Part shown: in pieces, positions 49,249 to 58,464 of the stretch
How the letters are laid out: every line of letters begins with the position of its first letter
Position numbering within the stretch: position 1 is the stretch's first letter
Notes under the pieces: model-generated
Database searches by the model: none
The model's input: only the letters and a program-made list of their open reading frames with translations
What the model was told of the DNA's origin: nothing
Made by a program: the position numbers and the translations under genes
Assembly: GCA_965205015.1 (NCBI GenBank)
Contig: OZ242029.1
Location: 2,080,001-2,144,000 of the forward strand
From: Candidatus Poribacteria bacterium
Lineage (GTDB): Bacteria; Poribacteria; WGA-4E; WGA-3G
Reading direction: 5' to 3'
DNA length: 64,000 nucleotides

Positions 49249-52200
49249 CTACTCGACAAGGATCTGATTGAAAAGCGCACGGGTCGTCTCTGTCCATTTT
49301 CCGTAGTCCTGTAAAAATGCCTCTGCAGCGGGTGTATCGTTGCTTCCGGTGTATCCGAGACGGCGTGCCAACTGTCCCAGTTCCGCACGATTTTTTGGAA
49401 GTGCGTCCAACGCCCGATCGTGAACAATACGGAGGGCGTTCTCGACGCGTCTCAGGAATTGATACGCTTCCCCTAATCCGTCACGCTGTGCCTCCGTCAG
49501 CACTCCAATTTTGTGCAATCTCTCAATTGCGAGCGGTGTATTTTGCACACGCACAGAGGTTTCTCCACCACCATGCACCAATTGAAGGGTTTGGACAACA
49601 AATTCTATATCCACAAGTCCGCCGTATCCTGACTTGACATTAACTGTCGAAGTTGGCGCTTTGCCGCCCCTTCTCCGCCGAGTAGATGTTCTTCGAGTCG
49701 CTTGTGCTTCTTTCCGCTGGCGTGTATGCACAATCTTGGCGATCTCCTCAGATGTTAGAGCATCCCCATAACAGAAGGTGTGGGCGATTTCCAAAAACTG
49801 GTTGCCGAGATGTTCTATGGCTCCCGCGACAACGCGAGCACGCGTCAACGCCTGGCGTTCCCAAACCTCCGCGGTGTTATCGTAGTAATTCTGGTATCCT
49901 GCCAACGGTAGCGCAATCGCACCCCCTGTCCCGTGTGGACGGAGCCGTAGATCGACTTCATAGATGCTCACCCCGTTTCCAGCAAGTCGGTTTACTAACT
50001 CCAAACCAACGGCTGAGAAGTATTGCACATTCGGCATGCCTTTTGTCGTCTCACCATCTGCCGAGTAGACGTACATAACGTCTAAATCCGAACTGAAATT
50101 CAATTCACGTCCACCGAATTTACCCATTGCAATGATCGCGAACGTTACCGGTGTTCCATCGGGAGCAAGTGGCGTGCCGTGTGCCTCGCGGAGTTCCGCC
50201 TCGATTTCTGGATGAATGGCTTGCAAAGTGGCTTCGGCTAAATCAGAGAGCTCTTGTGTCGTATCCGGCAAGGTCGCGTTCCCAAGGATGTTCCGTAAGG
50301 CGATACGCCAAATCTCGTCATTCTTATACCGTCGCAACATAGGCAACATCCTACCTTCAGGTGCCTGCTGGACCACCTGTAACGCCTCCGTTTGTTTCTC
50401 AGCGAGTGTCTTTGAGCGTTCTATCAACGTAGGGACCGTCAGTAGATCAAAGAGTTCAGGACTTGCGATGAGCATATCTGCGAGATATAAACTCGTGCCA
50501 CAGACACGCGTAAGCACTTCGAGTGTTGAAGGTTTTTCAGCGAACATCGTGTAGTAGCTGCTTCGCGCACCCACTTTATCCGTAAATGCTGAGAGGTAAC
50601 GAAGTGCCATGTCCGGATTTGGGGAGTCACGCAAAACATTCAGGAGCGTCGGCGCGAGTTTAAAGAAAGTCCGCCGCACACCCGGTGAGAATTGAATACC
50701 ATCCCCACCGTTCGCAAGTTGTCTTAAGAGACGCTGCGCATTTCTTACGTTTTCAAAACGGAACGTGCTCAAGAAAGTCTCTAATTGTTGCGGATCCTCT
50801 TCGGAAAGTAGAACAGCGATGTCAAGTCCATCTTCAGACTGGATCGAAGTCGCAGTGATCGTCTTAAAAATAGCGCGCACTTGTTCGGTGTGAACACGAT
50901 AGTCTTCTCGAAATGTCTCCAAGGCATCCGTTTCTGCCGTGTGCTGATACCCGACGCGCTGAGCAAGTTCTCGTTCCTCAGTTTCTTTCTCTGGGACGAG
51001 GTAACGCTGCTGATCCGCCTCAATTTGGATGCAGTTCTCAACGGTGCGTAAAAACCGGTAGGCAGCCATGAGCGCGTCCGCATCCGCCACGCTGAGGAGT
51101 GTGCTCTCTTTTAATGCCGCGAGTACTTCTAAGGTATTGTGTGAACACAATGACTTTCGCTTGGCACCGTGAATCATCTGCAGGCACTGGACAGTGAATT
51201 CAATGTCACGGATACCCCCCGGACCGAGTTTTACATGTTTTTCCAGAGTCTCACCTTCACTGACGAGCCGCTCCTCTATCCGTGCTTTAGTGCGTCGGAT
51301 GTCTGCCTTAATCTCGGTGAGCGTCACGCCATCTAAGTAACGCTGATAGACAAACGGCTGAATCATGCGAATGAACTCATCGCCAAACGCCATATCCCCG
51401 GCGACAGGACGCGCTTTAATTAAAGCTTGACGTTCCCACAAGTCGCCCCACCCTTCATAGTAACTCTCGTAACTCTCCATCGAACGGATGATGACACCTG
51501 CACTACTTTCCGGACGCAAGCGGATGTCAACACGAAAGACGTAACCCTCCGGGGTGATCTCACTCATCGCCTTGATGAGAAATTCACAAAAACGTGAAAA
51601 GTACTCGCTATTGTCAGTCCCCATATCGGTCCGTGCATCATCCGAATACACAAAAATAAGGTCAATGTCGGAACTGAAGTTGAGTTCATAGCCACCTAAC
51701 TTTCCCATCCCGATGATAGCGAAACGACACGGGGCAGTGCCTTCTTCATTGAGCGGTGTCCCGAACTTCGGTTTCATGATCTGATCGCGCCCGATTTCGT
51801 AGCAGTGTTGCAGCGCAGCTTCTGCCAAATTGCTCAATTCTAACGTCGTTGTCTCAACATTTGCCACCTTAAGCAGATCGCGCAGTCCGATACGGAGCGT
51901 TTCCCGGCGTTTGTATCGCCGCAAGATGCGGAGTTTCTGCTCTACCGAAGCAAACCGTGAGATGGATTGCTTAAGCTCCTGATACATCATCGCGGAGGTC
52001 TTCTGTGTCTCCATCACATCCGGATCGATAATATCATAGAAATATTCAGGCGTCCGAATGAGGATCTCGGACAAATAGGTGGACGCACCGAAACTTAAGA
52101 GGACGGGACGTATGAGAGGCTGCGCATCTCGCAGCAGATGATAGAGCGATTTGCGATTAAACGATGCCGCTGCAAAACGTGAAAAACGATTTAAAGCGGC

Positions 52201-52416
52201 TTCGGGGTTGGGTGAGTCTATAGCGGCTTTCAACAAGGGGATGACGAGGTCGGCGAAGCATGTTTGAAGGTCTGTGTCGTCGGTGGTGAGTTCTTGAAGG
52301 CTTCGCACTATAGATTCGTTATCTACACCACCGGCTCTATCGGCAGCGTTGGATAAAATCCGGTGAATTTCTTCTCTCTGATGTTGTGGGAGCGACAATT
52401 CTGTGTAATCTATCAT
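49249..52416 (-). CDS. glnE: Bifunctional glutamine synthetase adenylyltransferase/adenylyl-removing enzyme
   Basis: Two MGKxGG.ELNFSSD.D motifs; RVD.RLRP; WERQAL. Confidence 0.95.
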   Translation of the reverse strand: MIDYTELSLPQHQREEIHRILSNAADRAGGVDNESIVRSLQELTTDDTDLQTCFADLVIPLLKAAIDSPNPEAALNRFSRFAAASFNRKSLYHLLRDAQPLIRPVLLSFGASTYLSEILIRTPEYFYDIIDPDVMETQKTSAMMYQELKQSISRFASVEQKLRILRRYKRRETLRIGLRDLLKVANVETTTLELSNLAEAALQHCYEIGRDQIMKPKFGTPLNEEGTAPCRFAIIGMGKLGGYELNFSSDIDLIFVYSDDARTDMGTDNSEYFSRFCEFLIKAMSEITPEGYVFRVDIRLRPESSAGVIIRSMESYESYYEGWGDLWERQALIKARPVAGDMAFGDEFIRMIQPFVYQRYLDGVTLTEIKADIRRTKARIEERLVSEGETLEKHVKLGPGGIRDIEFTVQCLQMIHGAKRKSLCSHNTLEVLAALKESTLLSVADADALMAAYRFLRTVENCIQIEADQQRYLVPEKETEERELAQRVGYQHTAETDALETFREDYRVHTEQVRAIFKTITATSIQSEDGLDIAVLLSEEDPQQLETFLSTFRFENVRNAQRLLRQLANGGDGIQFSPGVRRTFFKLAPTLLNVLRDSPNPDMALRYLSAFTDKVGARSSYYTMFAEKPSTLEVLTRVCGTSLYLADMLIASPELFDLLTVPTLIERSKTLAEKQTEALQVVQQAPEGRMLPMLRRYKNDEIWRIALRNILGNATLPDTTQELSDLAEATLQAIHPEIEAELREAHGTPLAPDGTPVTFAIIAMGKFGGRELNFSSDLDVMYVYSADGETTKGMPNVQYFSAVGLELVNRLAGNGVSIYEVDLRLRPHGTGGAIALPLAGYQNYYDNTAEVWERQALTRARVVAGAIEHLGNQFLEIAHTFCYGDALTSEEIAKIVHTRQRKEAQATRRTSTRRRRGGKAPTSTVNVKSGYGGLVDIEFVVQTLQLVHGGGETSVRVQNTPLAIERLHKIGVLTEAQRDGLGEAYQFLRRVENALRIVHDRALDALPKNRAELGQLARRLGYTGSNDTPAAEAFLQDYGKWTETTRALFNQILVE

Positions 52417-52626
52417 TTTCTTTCTCCTCTCTATGCAGTGCTACGATTAATCTTATTTTCGCATATTTTTCCGCCTATTGCAAACCAATTTCTCAAGCAT
52501 TACGGACATTCATCTCTCCTGTACGAGGGAACTCCGATTCCTGACTGACTGCCACTAAAATCGTGCTTGCTATTAACATTACGCTGTGCTAACATATCAG
52601 AAAAGTTTCAAAGGAGACATATAACC

Positions 52627-53499
52627 ATGTTTAAACTCGGCGTTATCAACGACGAAGTTTCACAAGACTTCGCCACCGTTGTCAATTTTGTAAAAGAATT
52701 CAACCTACACTCCATCGAAATTCGCTCTGTCTGGGACAAACTCCCGCATGAACTCACCGATACCGACATCGACGAGATGAAACGCTTACTCGACGGCACC
52801 GACATCGAGATTATCGGAGTCGCATCCCCGTTCTTCAAATGCGATATGGACGATGCCGCGGAACGCAAAGAGCATCTTGATATACTCAAGGGGTCCATAC
52901 GGACGGCAAAGGCGTTTGATGCCAATCTCATCCGAACCTTCGTCTTCTGGGACACCGGTGAAACTGAGGAACGGTGGGACGAGATTATCGCCGCCTACGA
53001 TGAACCGCGCAGAATGATAGACGGCGAAGGCATTGTCCTCGGCATGGAAAACGAATCCACGACCTCGCTCCGGACCGCTAAACTTACAGCGGAATTTATC
53101 GAACAAATTGATTCTCCGAACATCCGCGGTATCTGGGATCCTGCCAATGAAGCGCACGCAAAAGGTGGCGAAACCCCGTATCCCGATGCCTACAACCGTA
53201 TGAAACCGACGATGATTCACGCACATCTCAAGGACGCAGGTCCAAACCCCGATACGGGTGAAATAGAATCTGTTCCCGTCGGCGAGGGTATCATTGACTG
53301 GCAAGGGCAACTGCAAGCCCTCATTGACGACGGCTACGAAGGACATCTCTGCCTTGAGACGCATTGGCGACCCTCACTGAAAATTGACGAAGCCATCCTC
53401 AACCGTCCAGCAGGTCAAGCATTTTCCGAAGCCGGTGAGGAAGCCTCACGCATCTGTACCCAAAACTTACTGGCGATGATCGAAAACTTAAAACAGTAG
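52627..53499 (+). CDS. Sugar phosphate isomerase/epimerase (AP endonuclease 2 TIM barrel)
   Basis: MENE, WDPAN, HLKD, LETH; AAGGAG RBS. Confidence 0.85.
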   Translation: MFKLGVINDEVSQDFATVVNFVKEFNLHSIEIRSVWDKLPHELTDTDIDEMKRLLDGTDIEIIGVASPFFKCDMDDAAERKEHLDILKGSIRTAKAFDANLIRTFVFWDTGETEERWDEIIAAYDEPRRMIDGEGIVLGMENESTTSLRTAKLTAEFIEQIDSPNIRGIWDPANEAHAKGGETPYPDAYNRMKPTMIHAHLKDAGPNPDTGEIESVPVGEGIIDWQGQLQALIDDGYEGHLCLETHWRPSLKIDEAILNRPAGQAFSEAGEEASRICTQNLLAMIENLKQ

Positions 53500-53509
53500 G
53501 CGATATCCA

Positions 53510-54595
53510 ATGAAAATCAAAGCAGTTCGGACATCCCTTTACGACATCCCACCCGAAGTTGAACGCGTCGATGCCATTCAAACTTTCGTCTCTATGGAAT
53601 TTCCCTTCATCGAGATTGAAGACGCGGATGGTGTTGTAGGAACCGGTTTCTCTTACACGATCGGCAAGGGTGGAGAAGCGATTAAGCAGACGATGGATGC
53701 CTACCTCACACCTATCCTCCTTGAAGAGGATGCCTCCAACATCGACCGGATTTGGAATCGGATGTGGATGGAGACACACTGGGTTGGCAGAGGTGGCATC
53801 GTTGGTTTAGGTATGGCAGCGGTAGACATCGCCCTCTGGGATCTCATGGCAAAGCGCGCAGGCGTGCCGCTCTACCAACTCCTCGGTGGCGCAAGATCCG
53901 CTGTCCCCGTTTACAATACAGATGGCGGGTGGCTACACCTTTCCGAGGCGGAACTCGTTAGGCAATCCGTGGAATTTGTGGAGCAAGGCTTCAAAGGTAT
54001 CAAGATTAAGGTCGGACGAGACAGTCTCCACGAAGACGTGGCACGCATCTTCGCTGTCAGAAAAGCGATTGGGCAGGACCCGTATCTCATGATTGATGCC
54101 AATATGAAGTGGAACGCCCGAGAAGCCATTCAACTCGCCTGTCGTGTTGAAGACGCAGACCTCTTCTGGTTTGAGGAACCGATCGAAGCAGACGATGTGG
54201 CCAGTCATGTCACACTGCGCGAGAAAACGACGATTCCGATCGCTATTGGTGAGACGATTTATAATAAATACGTCTTTAAAGAATACATTGCACAGGGCGC
54301 GGCGGATATTATACAAGCTGACGCTGTCCGCGTCGGTGGTATCTCTGAATGGATGAAGGTTGCACACATGGCGGAATGCTTTGGGCTCTCCGTTTCACCA
54401 CACTTCCTGATGGATTTACACGTTCATCTCTCTGCTGCTGTGCCGCACTCGCTTTTTGTTGAATATATTCCTTCACTTGACCCGGTCCTTGACGATACCT
54501 TAACACTCAGAGACGGACACTTTTCGCCGCCTGAACGTCCGGGGCACGGCATTCTGTTCAACAAACAGAAACTCGCACCCTATCAAATATTTTAA
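53510..54595 (+). CDS. Mandelate racemase/muconate lactonizing enzyme family protein
   Basis: AVDIALWDL, KIKVG, DAN, WFEEP, GE, PGHG. Confidence 0.9.
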   Translation: MKIKAVRTSLYDIPPEVERVDAIQTFVSMEFPFIEIEDADGVVGTGFSYTIGKGGEAIKQTMDAYLTPILLEEDASNIDRIWNRMWMETHWVGRGGIVGLGMAAVDIALWDLMAKRAGVPLYQLLGGARSAVPVYNTDGGWLHLSEAELVRQSVEFVEQGFKGIKIKVGRDSLHEDVARIFAVRKAIGQDPYLMIDANMKWNAREAIQLACRVEDADLFWFEEPIEADDVASHVTLREKTTIPIAIGETIYNKYVFKEYIAQGAADIIQADAVRVGGISEWMKVAHMAECFGLSVSPHFLMDLHVHLSAAVPHSLFVEYIPSLDPVLDDTLTLRDGHFSPPERPGHGILFNKQKLAPYQIF

Positions 54596-54874
54596 GCTTT
54601 CCTTGCGGTTAAACAACGCGGGTTTGAACTTTGGTGTCCCTTTCTTAAAATCCGCCCTCCATTTCATTACGGACTGCGGTTTTGATGGCATGAATGCCTT
54701 GGATTTGCTATGATTAGATTAACAAAGACGGCAGCCTGCAACAATACGCAGAAACACCCCGCTGAATGCCACACGCGCATTCAGCGTTGATTCGCAAAAA
54801 CACGCAGGCGGATTTGAGTAGAACCCTTTGATAAACCAATCACCTGATTTAACGTCTTGCGAGTAATTAAAAAT

Positions 54875-55585
54875 ATGAAACTTGAAAACCGTATCGCGAT
54901 TATCACAGGCGGCGGACGCGGCATCGGTCGCTCAACCGCCTTAGCGTTTGCCAGAGAAGGCGCAGACATCGTCCTTGCCGCGCGGACTGACACCGAGATA
55001 ACCGCTGTCGCCGAAGAAGTGAAACAACTCGGCAGACGTGCGCGCGCCATCAAAACCGATATCCAATTGAAAGCGGATGTTGATGCCATGGTCGCCCAAA
55101 CACTTGACACCTTCGGTAAGGTAGATATCCTTGTCAACAACGCGGGTGTCGCAATCCACAACCCCATTCCGAAGATCCGAGAAGAAGATTGGGACCTGAC
55201 GATGGCAGTCAATCTCAAAGGCGTATTCCTCGGCACACAAGCCGTTTTCAGCCACATGTGCGAGCAGAAGTACGGACACATCGTCAATGTCTCCTCAGTC
55301 TCCGGCAAATCTGGGCACGTCAACGGCGGCGCGTATTGTGCCTCTAAATTCGCCGTTGTTGGATTCACCGAGACAACGAACAATGAGGGCAGACCCCACG
55401 GTGTAAAAGCCTCAGTCGTCTGTCCCGGTCCTGTCGATACCAAGATGCGCCGTGATAACCATCCAGACGATGTGATTGAACATCTCACACTCCCAGAGGA
55501 TGTCGCAGATCTCATCCTATTTCTGGTGACGCAGCCACCCCGCGCACACACGCTTGAAACCGTTATCCGAACGCCCTTGATGTAA
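54875..55585 (+). CDS. SDR family oxidoreductase
   Basis: TGGGRGIG, NNAG, YCASK. Confidence 0.9.
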   Translation: MKLENRIAIITGGGRGIGRSTALAFAREGADIVLAARTDTEITAVAEEVKQLGRRARAIKTDIQLKADVDAMVAQTLDTFGKVDILVNNAGVAIHNPIPKIREEDWDLTMAVNLKGVFLGTQAVFSHMCEQKYGHIVNVSSVSGKSGHVNGGAYCASKFAVVGFTETTNNEGRPHGVKASVVCPGPVDTKMRRDNHPDDVIEHLTLPEDVADLILFLVTQPPRAHTLETVIRTPLM

Positions 55586-55591
55586 ATTTGT

Positions 55592-56353
55592 ATGTTTATT
55601 GACTCACACGCACACATCCAACTTTCCCAATTTGACCGGGATCGCGACGCACTACTAAAACGCGCCCACGACGCCTCAGTCTCCCATGTTCTTGTTATAG
55701 GGTTTGACAGGGAGACCAGCCTCGGGGCTGTAGAATTGGCGGAGCAACACACGCATATCTATGCCACCGTCGGGATGCATCCGCACGACGCAAAAGATCT
55801 GACTCCCGATGTGCTAAAGACTTTCCGCGAACTCGCCACACACCCGAAGGTGATCGCACTCGGTGAAATGGGGTTAGACTATTACCGCAACCTCTCGCCG
55901 CGTCCAGTTCAAAAAGATGCGTTTGAAAAACAGTTGGACCTCGCCGAGGAGATGCAAATGCCCATTGTCATCCACAATCGCGATGCCTACATGGACATTC
56001 TCCCCATTCTGGAAGTACGGCAAGGAAAAATCCAAGGTGTATTGCACTGCTTTACCGGCGATGTCGGATTAATGCACAGGAGTCTTGACATCGGTTTTCA
56101 CATCGGTATCGGAGGGATTGTAACATACCCGAATGCCAAAGAGGTCCAAGCAGTCGCACGGGAGGTGCCTGCAGATAAACTGTTGATAGAAACCGATTGT
56201 CCGTGGCTGACACCGCAATTTCGCCGCGGCAAACGGAATGAACCGGCTTATGTCCGTGCTGTAGCAGAAAAGATTGCCGAACTTCGCGGTGCCACTATAG
56301 AAACAATCGGTGAAATAACAACCCAAAATTTTCACAAACTTTTTAGATGTTAG
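55592..56353 (+). CDS. tatD: TatD family hydrolase
   Basis: DSHAH, GMHPH, GEMGLDY, HCF, ETDCP. Confidence 0.92.
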   Translation: MFIDSHAHIQLSQFDRDRDALLKRAHDASVSHVLVIGFDRETSLGAVELAEQHTHIYATVGMHPHDAKDLTPDVLKTFRELATHPKVIALGEMGLDYYRNLSPRPVQKDAFEKQLDLAEEMQMPIVIHNRDAYMDILPILEVRQGKIQGVLHCFTGDVGLMHRSLDIGFHIGIGGIVTYPNAKEVQAVAREVPADKLLIETDCPWLTPQFRRGKRNEPAYVRAVAEKIAELRGATIETIGEITTQNFHKLFRC

Positions 56354-56389
56354 CGACAAACTATAGCTTCCGCTACTGGAGACGTTGCC

Positions 56390-57214
56390 ATGAAACGAAA
56401 TAACCGGTTATTGATCGCAAAGCACACATTACACAAAGCGGTCCCCATTCTTTGTTTCCTACTTTTTTGTCTTCCACTGACAGTGTTTTTCGGTTGTGGT
56501 GCTATAAGTGCGGTAAAGGCTCCCTTTGAAATGGCGGGATTCATGAAGGGGATGGTAGCACAACTTGGAGAACGAGAGGCGTTCTTGATAGAATCTGCGG
56601 AAAAGCCTTTAACGGAAAACCAAGAAAAACTCTTAACGCAACTTCTCGAAGAAAAGGAGGGTTTGGATATGGTTTTGTCGAGTCAACCGTATTTGACATA
56701 TCTTGAAGAGCAGGACGGCACAGCCTATAAGGATTATCCGACTTATCTTGCCGAGGTTCCCACCACTGAACAGAAATCGACCACCCTATTGATGCTTAAA
56801 GAGATTCTTCCACCAGAGGCAACGGATACGCAAATCCAAATCTGTACAGATTTCTATTTTGAATTCTGTGAACTGATCGTGAATGAACCGGACATTACCT
56901 CCGATTCCGAGGAGATGGAAGCATTCATGAAGATACACCTGATTGATCCGTTAATGGATACGTATTCATCAAAAATGTCCACTTCCGATGCGATTAAAGT
57001 CATGAAGATGGGTGCGGTACCGAGTGGTATGGCGCCGCTGGATACAGAGGTATTTCGTAAAATCTGGCTTAAGCAGCTGAAAGCTTACGGTTCTCGGGAA
57101 GGTCTTCTACGCTGTGCGATCTCGACCCCTGACGAATTTGCCCTCATCCGTTCGTTTTTTGAGGACGCTGCCGCCCTTGAAAAATGGATTCGGCTCCCAC
57201 CTAAACAGGAGTGA
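56390..57214 (+). CDS. Hypothetical lipoprotein
   Basis: GGAG RBS; hydrophobic leader ending FFGC. Confidence 0.6.
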   Translation: MKRNNRLLIAKHTLHKAVPILCFLLFCLPLTVFFGCGAISAVKAPFEMAGFMKGMVAQLGEREAFLIESAEKPLTENQEKLLTQLLEEKEGLDMVLSSQPYLTYLEEQDGTAYKDYPTYLAEVPTTEQKSTTLLMLKEILPPEATDTQIQICTDFYFEFCELIVNEPDITSDSEEMEAFMKIHLIDPLMDTYSSKMSTSDAIKVMKMGAVPSGMAPLDTEVFRKIWLKQLKAYGSREGLLRCAISTPDEFALIRSFFEDAAALEKWIRLPPKQE

Positions 57215-57224
57215 TTCCTGATAT

Positions 57225-58340
57225 ATGAAGCGTCTGAATCTCCGTATGTATGCGATGGTGCTTGCCCTCGTCTGTGTTTGGGTGATTTTCACACTCCTGA
57301 CCGGCGGCACCTTCCTCAGCACTCGGAACCTGTCCAACCTTTCTCGCCAAGCCGCGGTCACCGCCATCCTTGCCGTTGGCATGACCTTGGTCATCGTTTC
57401 TGCGAATATTGATCTCTCTGTCGGCTACGGTGCCGGATTGCTCGGTGCCATTGCAGCGATTGTACACGTCTGGTGGGGACAACCGATCCTCGTGACGCTC
57501 ATCGCTGTCTTAGGTATCGGGATTCTGATGGGGGTGATGCAAGGTTACCTTGTGGCGTATCAGCGAATCCCAGCGTTTATCGTCACATTAGGTGGATTTT
57601 TGGCATATCGCGGCTTGATGTTAGCGTTTACCAAAGGTGAGACCATCCTACTCCCAGACAATTGGCTCAAAGCCATCGGGAACGCCTATCTCTCGTCAGC
57701 ACTCGGATGGGGACTCATGGCCGTTGGATTAGGGGTCAACGGCTACCGCTTTTACCGGCAGCGAACCGCCCAGCGCCAATACAGTCCTGAGCAAACATCC
57801 TTGCGAACTTTCCTATTGAAGGTCATTGGAACATCTGCACTCATTGTAGTGTTCATCTCCGTGATGAATGCTCACAAAGGAATTCCCTTTCCAGTTTGCA
57901 TTCTATTTGGATTAGCGTTCATATTCCATTTTATCGCGAACCATACCCGTTTCGGGCGTTATGTGTATGCAGTCGGTGGAAACGCCGAAGCGGCGTATCT
58001 CTCCGGGATCAACGTCCGCGGGATTACGCTACGGGTGTTTGCAACCATGGGAGCGTTAATGGCGATCGCTGGCGTTGTTATGACGGCACGGGTCGGGAGT
58101 GCCAGTCCAGAAGCCGGACGCCTGTTGGAATTAGATGCCATTGCTGCGTGTGTTATCGGCGGTGCCAGTTTAATGGGCGGACGCGGGAGCATCTTCGGGG
58201 CAATTTTAGGCGCGTTCGTCATGGAAAGCCTCAACAACGGAATGAGCATGGCGAACATGGATGCCTCGTGGCAAGACATAATCAAAGGGATTGTGCTCGT
58301 CGCTGCCGTCGGATTTGATATGGCATCCCGGCGGCGATGA
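57225..58340 (+). CDS. Sugar ABC transporter permease (XylH/GguB-like)
   Basis: IDLSVG, IPAFIVTL, GRYVYAVGGN..AA.LSGI, ELDAIAA. Confidence 0.9.
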   Translation: MKRLNLRMYAMVLALVCVWVIFTLLTGGTFLSTRNLSNLSRQAAVTAILAVGMTLVIVSANIDLSVGYGAGLLGAIAAIVHVWWGQPILVTLIAVLGIGILMGVMQGYLVAYQRIPAFIVTLGGFLAYRGLMLAFTKGETILLPDNWLKAIGNAYLSSALGWGLMAVGLGVNGYRFYRQRTAQRQYSPEQTSLRTFLLKVIGTSALIVVFISVMNAHKGIPFPVCILFGLAFIFHFIANHTRFGRYVYAVGGNAEAAYLSGINVRGITLRVFATMGALMAIAGVVMTARVGSASPEAGRLLELDAIAACVIGGASLMGGRGSIFGAILGAFVMESLNNGMSMANMDASWQDIIKGIVLVAAVGFDMASRRR

Positions 58341-58464
58341 CAGTTTTCCTGCCACAAGCATCGTCCACGAAATTTCGCTATTCACAAAAAATTTAAACCT
58401 TTTTCCCAAAAAATCCCCTCTTTAAATCAAATCTAATTGGGCAAATCTTACTGGGAATTTATCC

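Noticed and set aside
54730-54820. ncRNA in the intergenic hairpin CGCTGAATGC/GCATTCAGCG
   Set aside because: Single copy in the window and no recognisable family; cannot be told apart from a dispersed repeat
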